A stretch of DNA of 64,000 bases, taken from NCBI GenBank assembly GCA_050250895.1, contig JBFWNU010000001.1:2532891-2596890 (forward strand), written 5' to 3'. The DNA comes from Vulcanimicrobiota bacterium (GTDB lineage: Bacteria; Vulcanimicrobiota; Xenobia; Xenobiales; JADMJV01). The position numbers and the translations under genes are program-made. The notes under the pieces were generated by a model. That model ran no database searches. It had not been told where the DNA came from and worked only from the letters and a program-made list of their open reading frames with translations. Every line of letters begins with the position of its first letter. Within the stretch, counting starts at the first letter, position 1. This document shows, piece by piece, positions 19,881 through 30,065 of the stretch.

Positions 19881-20963
19881 CTATTGGTTTAAGTAGCCAA
19901 GGATGTTGTCGCGATAGAGCGAGTTGACCTGGCCAACTCTATGGACCAGACTGGCGAAGCCCGCTTGTTGGCGCAGGTTGGTGGCCTGATACTCGAAGAA
20001 CTGTTGCACCGGGAAGGTCTCCCACAGGTTCTCGCTGCCGGCGTAGAAGTCGGTCACGGCTCGGGCGGTAGTTTCGTCGACGTTCGAGCCGACAGCCAGG
20101 GCCAACACGGCCTGACGGCGATTGGCCACCTGGCTGTCGTGTTGCATCTTGTCCACCAGAAAGCCGCGAATGCGGGTGGCGGTTTCGACTCCGATGGCGC
20201 CGCTGTCCAGCGAGTTCATCACGCCTAGCAAAGCCAGAGTTTCGCGTTTGGGCAGGCGGGTGTAGTCGCTCATCAGCTGGCGGGCGGCCTGGTCGACTTG
20301 ACCGTTGATGCCCAGTTCGGCCAGGATGGCCCGCTGATCGGCGGCGCTCAGACGAGCCACCGAACGGTCGTCGAGGCCCCGGTAGTAGGCCACTTCCTGG
20401 CCGGCTCGGTCCCAGACCTTGAGCACTCCGGCCTGGTTGCCGACGGCCAGACGCTTGAGTTCGCGCGAGGCTTCAAACACCTGCGGTAACGAGCCTTCGG
20501 CCGAGGCCACCACGACCGCCTGGCGGTTGGCCTGCCACTCGACTCGGGCTCCTAGAGCCTGGGCCACGAAGCGAAGGGGAACGTAAGTGGCTCCGTTGAT
20601 CAGCTGGGCGGGCGATTCTAGCAGCACTGCTTGGCCGTCGACTCTGGCCTGGCTCTGATTGAGGGTCAGCTCGATGTTGCGGGCACCCTTGTGGGCCGAG
20701 ACCTGACCGTGCTGATAGCCGACCTGGGCGCCCAGGGCCGAGAAGATGGCCCGCAGGGGAACGAGGATGCGCCCGTTCTGGTTGACCGGGGCCGGCTCGG
20801 CCGCCAGCGGCCTTCCGTCGACTTCGATGGTAACGGCGCTAGCGGCCAGACTGCCGGCCAGCAAGAAAGCAAACACGTGAGTGAGAAATCGCAAGGTCCT
20901 ACCTCCTGTTTGGTGGGTTTCCGGGGTTGAGCATAGCCGAACCGCCACTGACCCACGGGACAA
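19881..20963 (-). CDS. Secreted copper-amine-oxidase N-terminal (stalk) domain protein
   Basis: GRILVPLRAIFSALGA and TYVPLRFVAQALGA; true start is probably ~20890. Confidence 0.85.
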   Translation of the reverse strand: MSRGSVAVRLCSTPETHQTGGRTLRFLTHVFAFLLAGSLAASAVTIEVDGRPLAAEPAPVNQNGRILVPLRAIFSALGAQVGYQHGQVSAHKGARNIELTLNQSQARVDGQAVLLESPAQLINGATYVPLRFVAQALGARVEWQANRQAVVVASAEGSLPQVFEASRELKRLAVGNQAGVLKVWDRAGQEVAYYRGLDDRSVARLSAADQRAILAELGINGQVDQAARQLMSDYTRLPKRETLALLGVMNSLDSGAIGVETATRIRGFLVDKMQHDSQVANRRQAVLALAVGSNVDETTARAVTDFYAGSENLWETFPVQQFFEYQATNLRQQAGFASLVHRVGQVNSLYRDNILGYLNQ

Positions 20964-21037
20964 TCTCTGACAGGGCTCCCATGAATGTCCTATAGGAGAA
21001 GCTCGGGCGAGGGTGAAGGAGATTAACGGGGCAAAAG

Positions 21038-21487
21038 ATGGATCTCAAGGAATACAAAGTCATACTGGCTGAAACAGCGCAAGAAGAAGACATCCGCCGG
21101 GCACTCAAGCTGGCGCTGCGAGAATTGCCAGCGGAGCGAGGGTGTCTCCTCTTGAACCTCGACCAAACCGAGGTCTTTCTATACGTCGGCGACGAAAGTC
21201 TGCGGGACAAGTATCCCTTCAGCCGTGAGGTGGTCTGCCACGTCCTGCAAGACGGCTTAGGATTGGTCGACTTTAGCGCCCGCGGTGGGGGCGAGCTGCC
21301 CGAGAGCGTCTCGATCAAGGCCCTGGGTCTGCGCTCGGCCCTGTGCGTGCCCATCCTGCATCTGGGCTCGACGGCCGGCTTTCTCTACTTCGACACGCGG
21401 GCCAAGATGGACGCCTTCGAGCCCGAGCATGTCGACTTTGCCCGCGATCTCGCTCAGGAGATCTACGAGCGCGTCATGAAGCGCTGA
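21038..21487 (+). CDS. Stand-alone GAF domain protein
   Basis: LRSALCVPI...GFLYFD...F. Confidence 0.8.
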   Translation: MDLKEYKVILAETAQEEDIRRALKLALRELPAERGCLLLNLDQTEVFLYVGDESLRDKYPFSREVVCHVLQDGLGLVDFSARGGGELPESVSIKALGLRSALCVPILHLGSTAGFLYFDTRAKMDAFEPEHVDFARDLAQEIYERVMKR

Positions 21488-21806
21488 TCGCCAGGCTGGC
21501 GCCACTCTCTTGAGCGATCTCGTGGACTTCCAGTTTGACGGGCCCGGTGAAGGCCTCGGCCCCTAGTTTTCGGTTGCCAGCATGCTGGGCTTTGAAGTTG
21601 TCCGACTCGGTCCAGGCCCGAAACGAGGCTTCATCTCGCCAGAAGGTCATCACCACGTAGGGATCTCCTTCTTTGGTGGGCCGCAGCAGTCGATAGGCCA
21701 CGAAGCCGGGCATGCTGTCCACCGCACCGAGGCGTTCGGCGAACCGCTGCTCGAAAGCTTCGGCGAAGTCAGGGTGAACGGGAATTCGGTTGGCTACAGT
21801 AATCAT
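21474..21806 (-). CDS. Antibiotic biosynthesis monooxygenase / IsdG-like heme-degrading protein
   Basis: ITVANRI, FEQRF, MPGF and W...F.AW..S..F...H. Confidence 0.85.
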   Translation of the reverse strand: MITVANRIPVHPDFAEAFEQRFAERLGAVDSMPGFVAYRLLRPTKEGDPYVVMTFWRDEASFRAWTESDNFKAQHAGNRKLGAEAFTGPVKLEVHEIAQESGASLAISAS

Positions 21807-21869
21807 GGCGGGCTGTTTCTAGCCTTCCCCGGTTCGGGCCTCCCTGGTATTTTTCAACTAGTCCAGCCA

Positions 21870-22197
21870 GCCTTGGGAGCGTAGTAACTCTATTAGCGGC
21901 TCGCCACCGTTGCCCAGCGAGCAACAGTTCGGCGTCCTCCCAGGCTTCTTGTCCCAGCCCCAATCGGAATACCCTCGAGTTGGATGTCCTGGACGATGCG
22001 TCTTTCGTGGTCGACCAGACTCTGATACTGGGACTCGTCCATGATCAGCGGAGAGATGTCGAGCACGTAACGGGTCTCAAGGCAGAGATCGGTGGCCGCG
22101 TCGATGATTTCGTAGCGGGTGGGCCTATCGGCTCGGTCGATGAGCACAAGAGGCGGCGTCGATACTCCCGAGCCAGTTGCCACTCCAATTCGTTCAC
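21870..22197 (-). pseudogene. Degraded MNT (nucleotidyltransferase)-HEPN toxin-antitoxin remnant
   Basis: MNELEWQLAREYRRRL shifts frame into LVLIDRAD...DISPLIM...IQLEGIPI, with the catalytic GS/DxD segment missing. A HEPN-like EAWEDAELLL...ANR/YYA fragment follows, broken by a frameshift. Confidence 0.55.
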
Positions 22198-22236
22198 TTT
22201 GGAGGTTCTCTGGGTGGCTTGGGCCTGGCCCTGTCA

Positions 22237-22884
22237 CTAGCGGCGTAGCCCTCGCAGCCGTTCGGCCAGGTTGTGCTGCAGAGCTTCGAGGTTGTCGTCG
22301 GTCAGGCCCAGGAATTTGCCCCCGCACAGAAACTTGCCCTGGAGTTCTTCAACCCTTAGCAGGATCAGCTCGAGACCGCTCAGTTCAGCGGACTCGTCGA
22401 GGTTGAGTTCGACCAGCTCACCGGGCAGAAACTCGTCGGAGGCGACGAAACAGGCGCCTCCCAGGCTCACGTCGACCACCGTACAGGGCAACCAGTCTCC
22501 GTCGCGACAAAGTAGCGCCCGCACCTGGCTGGGCACGCGCACCAGTTGGCGATGGTCGAGCATCTCGGTCTCGCCCGGGGGGATCGCCTCGGCCAGCCAG
22601 CTGCGCCAGAAGTCACGACTGCTGCCTTTGAAGGTCAGGCCGCAGAGCAGGCCTTCTTGTTCGGCCCAGGCCACTTCGTAGGGCAGTGGAATGACCGCTT
22701 CGTCGGGACGGTGGAAACGGTTGGGGGTCAAGGCGACGCGGCCTCCGCTCAAGGGGGATTCCAGCTGAACGCAAGCTCCGCCCAAACCGAAATCGACCAT
22801 TCGCCCATAGACGAAGCCATCGGCAGTCACCACAATGATGGGCAATTGAGTGGGGAGGCGGCGGAAGACGCGTCTGTTTTCCAC
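22237..22884 (-). CDS. Double PilZ-domain protein
   Basis: RRVFRR...DFGLGG and RQLVR...DVSLGG c-di-GMP motifs. Confidence 0.85.
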   Translation of the reverse strand: MENRRVFRRLPTQLPIIVVTADGFVYGRMVDFGLGGACVQLESPLSGGRVALTPNRFHRPDEAVIPLPYEVAWAEQEGLLCGLTFKGSSRDFWRSWLAEAIPPGETEMLDHRQLVRVPSQVRALLCRDGDWLPCTVVDVSLGGACFVASDEFLPGELVELNLDESAELSGLELILLRVEELQGKFLCGGKFLGLTDDNLEALQHNLAERLRGLRR

Positions 22885-22930
22885 CTGCCAGCATTCGGGA
22901 AAGGTCTACCGACCCCCTTTGCAGCAAGGT

Positions 22931-25393
22931 TTAGGGACGGATCAGCACCCTGGTTTTCTTACCCTTTTTGACGGTCGAGCCATAGGCTACGACCATCTTT
23001 CCCCCGCCCTCGAGAGCCACCAGTACGCCGTCGTCCTGGAGTGACACCACCTGGCCACGCAAGCCGCCGGGTAGTTTGAGCTTGTGACCGGGCTCGGCCA
23101 GTAGGAGGTTTTTGGGAGGTCGCGGCGGCTCGAGTTGCTTGAGAAAGGGCGATGCCTCGCCCTGATTGGCCAGGATGAGTAGCTGGGAGCGGGCCCGGGT
23201 GATGGCCACATGAAAGACCCGGCGTTCCTCTTCTTTGTCTTCGGCCAGTCGATGGGGCATCAGCCCATTGTTGGCGGCGTAGAGGAGCACCGCCGGCCAC
23301 TCCAGTCCTTTGACCCGGTGGATGCTCGAGAGCCGGATGCGGCCCCGCTGCTCGCGCGAGGCCGTCAAGCTCGCTCGCAGCCACTCTTCGAAGCTGGCCG
23401 GATGGGGATGCAAAGAGGCTAACTGCACCAGCGACTGCAGATCGTCGTTGTGACTGCCGGCCCAGCCCGAGTCGCGATCGAGGCTGTCCATGTCGTAGGC
23501 AAGACCCACTTCCAGGCGCACATATTCGAGAGCCGGGCCCACCCCGCCTCGATGCAGCAAGCGGTGCACTTGCTTGAGATCGCGACGATAGTCTTGAAAG
23601 CCCTCCCGCTCCCAATCGAGCCAACCAGCGGCCAACTGCTGCACCTCGGACAGCGACCAATCGGCCCTGGCCTCGAGCGGCTCGAGGGCCACCCGCCGGA
23701 GCTTGCGACTGGGGCGGCGCAGACTCTCGAGCAGGGTGGTGGTGGGAAGGCGACCTTTGAGCGCGTAGGCGGCCCGGAGATAAGCCAACGCGGTGCGGAT
23801 GCCGGTGCGCTCGAGTACCCCCACATCGAGGGGCGCGGTGGTGGCCAGGCCCGCTTCGAACAGGGCCAGTTGCAAAGGCAGCAGGGTGGCGTTGACCCTG
23901 GTCAAGAGAGCGAGGTCTTCGGGTGGGCGGCTGGCGAGCTGGCCCTGGACCCAGCGCACGGCCCGCAGAGCCATCTCGGCCGGGGGAGCCAGTTCGATGT
24001 GAAACTCGCCGGCGGCCTGTTCGGGCGGGCTGAGGATGGTCTTTTTGACCCGCTGACGATTGCGGCTCAACAGGTGCGAAGCAGCGGTGGTGATCGCGGG
24101 CGGGCAGCGATAGTTGACCTCGAGGGCGTAGCCGCTGGCCCCGGGGAAATAGGCCTCGAAGTTGACCAGAAATTTCGGGCTGGCCCCGGCGTAGCCGTAA
24201 ATGACCTGATCGTCATCCCCGACTCCGAACACCTGATAGGCCGGAGCACTGAGCAGGCGAACCAGCAGCAACTGGGCCGGAGTCAGGTCCTGGAATTCGT
24301 CGACCAGCAGGTGTCGGCAGGCTTTGCGCGCCCAGTCGCGAGCCTCGGGCGAAGCCAGCAAATACTCGATGGCGCCATAGATCTGTTCGTCGTGGTCGAT
24401 AGCCCCTTGCTGGCGCAGTCGCTCGCGATAACGCTCGAACGCTCTGGCGAAGCCGGGGATATCGGTGCGCGACGCCTCCACCTGGGCGGGTTGGCGCAAG
24501 CCCATTCTGACCAGGCTCAAGGCCTCGAGATAGGGGCCCAGCGGATCGCGCGAGTATTCGCGGGGCGGTTCCACCAGCCGCGAAAGGAGGCCGCGAATGT
24601 GACGGGCCTCCAGCAGTTGGGCTCCGCCCCGGTGGCGGCAGATGGCGTAGCCCAGAGCGTGAAGGGTCGCCACGCGAGGCTCGAAGTCGCGAGTGCGGTG
24701 GCGCAGCTCCTGGGCGGCCCTTCGGTTGTAGGCGACGGCCGTGACCAGCTCGGATTCGACCCCGCGGTCCACCAGCAGATGGCGTAGACGAGCGGTCAGG
24801 ACTCTGGTCTTGCCCGAGCCGGCCGGCGCGATGATGCGGGCCGGGCCGGCTTTATGCTCGACGGCCGCCAGTTGATCCGGAGCCAGTTCCTGGGGGCGTC
24901 GAGGGCGGGGCTGGACCGTCAGGCGCCCCAGAGCCAGGCTTTCGCGATGAACGCTCGGCAGCGAGAGGGGTTGGCGGGGTCCACCGTCGAGCCACAGGTC
25001 CAGACCCTGGACGCGACAATCGGCCTGCTCCGAAGGGTGAGCTCCCAATCGGGCCGCGGCGCGACTCAGGCGCCAGACGGGTGCTGGGCCCAGCAGGTCG
25101 TAGTTGTTGGCCCACACCAGAAAGAACAGGCGTTCGCTGACAAACTCGAAGTCAGGCTCCAACTCGTAGGGCTCGACCAGTCGTTTGGGGCGCTCGAGCA
25201 ACGCCGCCTCGGCCAGCTCGAGTTCGACCACCAGCCGGCGCCGCTCCAACCAATGGGCACTCAGTGCAGAGAGCACCGACGGCGGGGGATCGGCTGTGAC
25301 TCGCAGGCGGGGATGGGCCTCCCAGCCGGGCGGCACGGCTCCGCCGGGCCGGACCACGATCCCCCGACCCAATTCGTCGGGTCCGGGAAACAC
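22931..25393 (-). CDS. UvrD/Rep/PcrA-family ATP-dependent DNA helicase with N-terminal extension
   Basis: APAGSGKT, LLVDEFQD, VGDDDQ, NYRC, HRVKGLEW and EERRVFHVAITRA. Confidence 0.93.
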   Translation of the reverse strand: MFPGPDELGRGIVVRPGGAVPPGWEAHPRLRVTADPPPSVLSALSAHWLERRRLVVELELAEAALLERPKRLVEPYELEPDFEFVSERLFFLVWANNYDLLGPAPVWRLSRAAARLGAHPSEQADCRVQGLDLWLDGGPRQPLSLPSVHRESLALGRLTVQPRPRRPQELAPDQLAAVEHKAGPARIIAPAGSGKTRVLTARLRHLLVDRGVESELVTAVAYNRRAAQELRHRTRDFEPRVATLHALGYAICRHRGGAQLLEARHIRGLLSRLVEPPREYSRDPLGPYLEALSLVRMGLRQPAQVEASRTDIPGFARAFERYRERLRQQGAIDHDEQIYGAIEYLLASPEARDWARKACRHLLVDEFQDLTPAQLLLVRLLSAPAYQVFGVGDDDQVIYGYAGASPKFLVNFEAYFPGASGYALEVNYRCPPAITTAASHLLSRNRQRVKKTILSPPEQAAGEFHIELAPPAEMALRAVRWVQGQLASRPPEDLALLTRVNATLLPLQLALFEAGLATTAPLDVGVLERTGIRTALAYLRAAYALKGRLPTTTLLESLRRPSRKLRRVALEPLEARADWSLSEVQQLAAGWLDWEREGFQDYRRDLKQVHRLLHRGGVGPALEYVRLEVGLAYDMDSLDRDSGWAGSHNDDLQSLVQLASLHPHPASFEEWLRASLTASREQRGRIRLSSIHRVKGLEWPAVLLYAANNGLMPHRLAEDKEEERRVFHVAITRARSQLLILANQGEASPFLKQLEPPRPPKNLLLAEPGHKLKLPGGLRGQVVSLQDDGVLVALEGGGKMVVAYGSTVKKGKKTRVLIRP

Positions 25394-26640
25394 TAGATCA
25401 ACTCGACTCGGACCTTGTTGATGATGTAGTCCAGAGCGTCTTCCACCACGCTGGTTTGGGGATGACGAATCAGCACGAAGCCCTCGCCTTCATAAGTGGT
25501 GCCGGCCGCCTGGCCGGGCTGAGGAATACTGACATCGGTGACCATATCGCCGAGGTCGAGTAGCACCTCGTCGATACCGTGTACATCCTTGACCCTGCCT
25601 CCGCCCAGGCCTCGCAAGAAGGCGGTGCCACAGGCATACTGGCGTTCGGCGGGGAGGGTCAGTTCGCCATAGATCATCAGCTTTGACCAGATGACGAAAA
25701 TGTCGATGTCATTGGCCCGGTTCATCATGGTCACGATCTGGGCTCCGGGCGGGCGGGCAGCCACTTCGCCGATGGCCAGGCTGCCATCAGCCCGGCGAAA
25801 CCACTCGAGGTGGGTGAGGCCGGTCTCCATCCCCAGGGCGTCGAGAGCGGCTCGGCCGGCGGCTCGAATGTCGTCATAGACCGGGGCATCGATCTCGCGG
25901 GGAAGAACGATCTTCCATTGGATCCACGGGTTAGAGACCACGTTGAGAGGAGTGGGATGATAGTGGGTCAGCGAGTGCCAACGGTGCTCTCCTCCCAGCG
26001 AGAGCGTCTCGAACGAATGCTCTTCGCCCACCACGAACTCTTCGATCTGCAAGGGGCGTTCGGCGCTGGGGCCGCTGGCCCGCAGAATTTCGCGAAAGTC
26101 ATCTCCGCCGTCCACGCGAAAAGTGGCCTGGGCGGCCGCCCCGTCGACGGGCTTGACACACACCGGAAAGCCAACCTCTTCGATGAACTCCCAGGCTTCT
26201 TCAGCCGAAGTCGCCGAACGATGGCGGGCGCAGGGCACACCGGCTTCGCGAAAGCGGCTCTTCATCCGCCCTTTGTCGCGAAAGTCGCGAATGACCTCCG
26301 TCGACATGCCTTCGACGCCCAGGCGGGCCCGAACTTCGGCCACTGGCACCTGGATCTGCTCGTTGACGGCCAGGATGCGGTGGACGCGGCCGAAGCGTGA
26401 AGCCAGCCGTTCGGCCGCCCAGGTGAGGTGGTCGGCCGACAGCGAGTCGGCGACCTGTTGGTAGGCTACCCGATGGCGCAGCCAGTGGGGAAGGGCGTCA
26501 GGGGGGTCCTGGCTGATGACGGCCAGAGTCACGTCAGGCAGATTCACGGCCGCCTCGACGAACTGCCCAACGCTCGCTTTATAGAAGGGTGAGGCAAAGA
26601 TTACCAGCATCCCCGGCCATTCGGCGGGGAGCGGAAACAT
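25393..26640 (-). CDS. ATP-grasp domain ligase
   Basis: RDKGRMK, FPVCVKP, IEEFV.GEE, HLEWF and EVAARPPG. Confidence 0.88.
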   Translation of the reverse strand: MFPLPAEWPGMLVIFASPFYKASVGQFVEAAVNLPDVTLAVISQDPPDALPHWLRHRVAYQQVADSLSADHLTWAAERLASRFGRVHRILAVNEQIQVPVAEVRARLGVEGMSTEVIRDFRDKGRMKSRFREAGVPCARHRSATSAEEAWEFIEEVGFPVCVKPVDGAAAQATFRVDGGDDFREILRASGPSAERPLQIEEFVVGEEHSFETLSLGGEHRWHSLTHYHPTPLNVVSNPWIQWKIVLPREIDAPVYDDIRAAGRAALDALGMETGLTHLEWFRRADGSLAIGEVAARPPGAQIVTMMNRANDIDIFVIWSKLMIYGELTLPAERQYACGTAFLRGLGGGRVKDVHGIDEVLLDLGDMVTDVSIPQPGQAAGTTYEGEGFVLIRHPQTSVVEDALDYIINKVRVELI

Positions 26641-26643
26641 CCC

Positions 26644-27546
26644 TCACCGCCAGTTAGACAAAGGAAACCTCTTGTGATAGGCCTGGTCGTTGAAGCTCTG
26701 GCCGGCGGCGGTCATGATCTTGCGGGTCATCTCTTCGTGGCAAACCGGACAGTAGCTGCCTTCTTGCGAGGACCGCATGACGCATCGATAACTGGGCCGC
26801 CACACGTCGACGCTGCGATAGTAGCCGCCCTGATAGGCGCTCACCAGAGGAAAAGCACCCGGCAGTTCGAGGAAGTGCCCCCACTTGGCCGTCTTGGCGA
26901 TGGTCTTCTGGTCGGTGGGGTCGATGAACTCCGACGTGGTCAGGTTGGCTGGCGCCAGATCGCGACCGCTGGGAATGGGCCGGCGGTCATTGAGGTGCTG
27001 GCTCGAATCGTATTCGTCGCCCAGGTCGCCCACCGAGTGGCCCATCTCGTGGGCCACGGCGTCGTGTCCATTGGTGGTCAGAACCACTAGATTGCCCTGG
27101 CCGTGGGCCCGCCCGGTCAAGGTCGTGAGCAAAATGATGACATCGGCCTTGGGAGCGTTCGCGGCCGCTTTGCGCACCTCGGCCTGACCTTTGATGCTGA
27201 CGTGGTTGCCTGAGGACTCCTCGGAGCCGAAGGCGAAGAGCGTGCTTCGCCCGGCCGCACTACCCGACCCCGTCCCGCGCAGGGACTCGACATAGACCAG
27301 ATGGACCGAAAAGCAGTTGCGCAGTTCTTTGAACGGCGAGACCGACCAGAGGCGATTGAGGGCTCGAGTAGCGTCTTGCTCGAAGACACCCTCGTCCTTC
27401 TTGAGATAGCCGTCGCCGAGCACCACCAGATGGATGGCTCCCCCTTTCTGGACCGTCTTGGTGCGCAGGCCATCGTACTTGAACTGGGGCTCGGCCCAGG
27501 CGCTCGAGCCAAAGAGCAGCAGTAAGAACAGCGTTAGGATTCGCAC
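26644..27546 (-). CDS. Secreted M64 (IgA peptidase-like) metallopeptidase
   Basis: VLGDGY, AHEMGH..GDLGDEY and C.MR...CPVC. Confidence 0.88.
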   Translation of the reverse strand: MRILTLFLLLLFGSSAWAEPQFKYDGLRTKTVQKGGAIHLVVLGDGYLKKDEGVFEQDATRALNRLWSVSPFKELRNCFSVHLVYVESLRGTGSGSAAGRSTLFAFGSEESSGNHVSIKGQAEVRKAAANAPKADVIILLTTLTGRAHGQGNLVVLTTNGHDAVAHEMGHSVGDLGDEYDSSQHLNDRRPIPSGRDLAPANLTTSEFIDPTDQKTIAKTAKWGHFLELPGAFPLVSAYQGGYYRSVDVWRPSYRCVMRSSQEGSYCPVCHEEMTRKIMTAAGQSFNDQAYHKRFPLSNWR

Positions 27547-27627
27547 GAACTTTCTTCTCCAATCGTGGTAGGCCTCTCTTCTAGGCGGGTTGCGTTTCCC
27601 TGCCCGGTGTGTAAGAATCGGGCGGTC

Positions 27628-28713
27628 ATGACCCTGGAAGTTTTGCAGCGCGAGCTGCTCAAAGTCGGAGGCGTGAGCTTTACCGCGCTGGGATTGATGA
27701 CCGCGGCGGTCAGCTTCATCCTGGTTTTTGTCTTCGCCATTCTGGTCAACCGCCTGCTGGCCCGTGGACTGTCGAAGGTTGCCATCGTGGAAGAGAGCGA
27801 GCGCTACGCCATTTCGCGCATCGCCTACTATCTCATCATCATCTTTGGGGCGCTCGCCTGCCTTGAAGGCCTGGGAATCGCCATCGGTCGACCGTTTCTC
27901 ACGCTCGGCGGAACGAGCATTTCGCTGTTTAGCCTGTCGACCTTTGCCGCGCTGACCGCCCTGGTGCTGGTGGGCTCACAGATCGCCGGCCGGGCCGTGG
28001 CCAACCAGCTGCTCAACCGGTCTCACTTCGACGAAGGCCTGCGCTACGCCATCGGGCGAATTACCTACTACGTCTTACTGGTCACTGGCATGATGGCCGC
28101 CCTGCAGACCATCGGGGTTCAACTGGGTAGCCTCACCGTCTTGATCGGCGCCCTGGGCGTCGGTATCGGCTTCGGCCTGCAAAACATCGTCAATAACTTC
28201 GTCAGCGGTCTGATCTTGTTGATCGAGCGCCCCATCAAGGTGGGCGACTGGGTGGACCTTTCGGGCACCTCGGGCCGGGTCACCAACATCGGGGCCCGCA
28301 GCACCACCGTGGTGACTCCCGACAACATCACCATCATCTTGCCCAACGGCGATTGTCTGGCTAATCAGATCATCAACTGGAGCTTCGGCGACACCCGCAT
28401 TCGCTTCCGTATTCCCGTCGGGGTTGCCTATGGTAGCGATATGGACAAAGTCCAGAAGGCGCTGCTCGAGGCCGGCGCCAAGCACCCCAGTGTGCTCGAG
28501 GACCCGGCTCCCAAGGTGCTCTTCGACGCCTTTGGCGACTCGTCACTCAACCTCGAACTGGCCGTCTGGATCAAGGCAGGCAGCATCGGAGCCCAGCAAT
28601 TGCGAAGCGATCTCAACTTCGCCATCGACAGAAACTTTCGGGCCGCCGACATCGAGATTCCCTTCCCCCAGCGCGATCTCCATTTCCGCAACCTGCTCAA
28701 CCTGTCGAACTAA
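27628..28713 (+). CDS. MscS-family mechanosensitive channel
   Basis: GALGVGIGFGLQNIVNNFVSG, ERPIKVGD, VGVAYGSD and IEIPFPQRD; internally duplicated TM unit. Confidence 0.93.
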   Translation: MTLEVLQRELLKVGGVSFTALGLMTAAVSFILVFVFAILVNRLLARGLSKVAIVEESERYAISRIAYYLIIIFGALACLEGLGIAIGRPFLTLGGTSISLFSLSTFAALTALVLVGSQIAGRAVANQLLNRSHFDEGLRYAIGRITYYVLLVTGMMAALQTIGVQLGSLTVLIGALGVGIGFGLQNIVNNFVSGLILLIERPIKVGDWVDLSGTSGRVTNIGARSTTVVTPDNITIILPNGDCLANQIINWSFGDTRIRFRIPVGVAYGSDMDKVQKALLEAGAKHPSVLEDPAPKVLFDAFGDSSLNLELAVWIKAGSIGAQQLRSDLNFAIDRNFRAADIEIPFPQRDLHFRNLLNLSN

Positions 28714-28714
28714 G

Positions 28715-29644
28715 TTACTTGGTTTGCCAGCGGTCTTTGGGTTCCATCAACCGGCGGGGAGCCTCGCTCTTGAGCCATGCCTTGGCGGCCGGATCGCCTT
28801 TGAGATAAGCGTCCCAGAAGGCGGTCGAGAGCGCCAGGATGACGCGATGGTGGTTGGGATTACGCCCTTCACCGGGCAAAGACCGATCCGAGAAGGCGCT
28901 GTGTTCGGCGCCCTCGAGCACCAGCTCGTACTTGTCGCCGGCAGGCAGAGCCGGATAGACGCCCAGCCGGGATTCGAGGTCGGCCCCGCCGATGCGCCCG
29001 ATGTCTTTGGTGCCGGTCATCAGCATCCAGGGCAGCTTGACCGTGGCAAAGGCTTGTTTGGGGTTGCCTCTTCGGGGCGTGGACGGACTCATGGCCAGAG
29101 CGGCGTCGATGCGCGGGTCGCCGAAGGTTCGTCCCATAAAGTTCTGGCCGCCCTGGGCCTGGGTGGTCTGGGCCCCGAAGGAATGTCCGCTCATGCCCAC
29201 GCGGGTGAGGTCGGCTCGCTCTTTGAGCGGACCGCGGGCCAGGCCGTCGAGGACGGCCGGAATGTCCTTGACCCGGGCCACATAGTTCTCGAGAGTGGCT
29301 CCGGTTTGGAGGGCGGCCATCCGCTGTCCGACCGGTTCATCGCGCCACAGCGATTCGTCCGAACCGGGATGTTGCACGAAGATGGCCAGATAACCGCGGC
29401 GGGCCCAGTGCTCGCCCAGATACTTGTCGGCGGCCCGAGAGCCGCCCAGGCCGTGGCTGAACAAGACGACGGGCGCAAGCCCGGCGCCGGGCGGGAGATA
29501 GGCCCGGATGGGCAGGTCCCGGTCCCGGCTGGCGTCGGTGATGGTCAGATCGAGGGTTTTCACCGGGGCGGGCGTGGCCTCGAGGGGGTCATAGGCAAAG
29601 GCGGGCGTCAGCGCCAGCAGGCAAAGTAGAAGAACTCTCATCAC
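28715..29644 (-). CDS. Secreted alpha/beta hydrolase (dienelactone hydrolase-like)
   Basis: FSHGLGGS, GHSFG, GTKD and EH.AFSD. Confidence 0.88.
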   Translation of the reverse strand: MMRVLLLCLLALTPAFAYDPLEATPAPVKTLDLTITDASRDRDLPIRAYLPPGAGLAPVVLFSHGLGGSRAADKYLGEHWARRGYLAIFVQHPGSDESLWRDEPVGQRMAALQTGATLENYVARVKDIPAVLDGLARGPLKERADLTRVGMSGHSFGAQTTQAQGGQNFMGRTFGDPRIDAALAMSPSTPRRGNPKQAFATVKLPWMLMTGTKDIGRIGGADLESRLGVYPALPAGDKYELVLEGAEHSAFSDRSLPGEGRNPNHHRVILALSTAFWDAYLKGDPAAKAWLKSEAPRRLMEPKDRWQTK

Positions 29645-29672
29645 CGGTTGGGACCGGCGAGCCGGCCAGATG

Positions 29673-30011
29673 TTACACCAGGCGACTGCCGTTGGGCACG
29701 GGCCGCTCAGGAACGGCCAGCACCACCGCCCCGTCGGGCTGGTGAAAGCCGGTGACCAGGCACTCGCTCATCATCGGCCCGATCTGCTTGGGCGCGAAAT
29801 TGACTACCGCCACCACCTGTCGGCCCACCAGTTCTTCGGGTTGATAGAGGTCGGTGATCTGGGCGCTCGATTTTTTCTCGCCCAGGTCGGGACCAAAGTC
29901 CACCCGCAGCCGATAGGCAGGCTTTCGGGCCTCGGCAAAGACCTCGCAGGCGACCACCGTTCCTACCCGCAACTCGACCTTCAAGAAATCGTCCCAACTG
30001 ATGAAATCCAT
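29673..30011 (-). CDS. csaA: CsaA / tRNA-binding OB-fold protein
   Basis: [29 protein letters not shown] and SECLVTG. Confidence 0.92.
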   Translation of the reverse strand: MDFISWDDFLKVELRVGTVVACEVFAEARKPAYRLRVDFGPDLGEKKSSAQITDLYQPEELVGRQVVAVVNFAPKQIGPMMSECLVTGFHQPDGAVVLAVPERPVPNGSRLV

Positions 30012-30065
30012 GGGGGTCTCCTACCCCTTTCAGCCGGTTTTCAGTCGGTTCGTCTAGAGTCGAAG

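Noticed and set aside
19562-19892. Possible gene in the 3' part of ORF 19323-19892
   Set aside because: No convincing start or SD after the anti-sigma stop, and no recognisable motif; could be a remnant.
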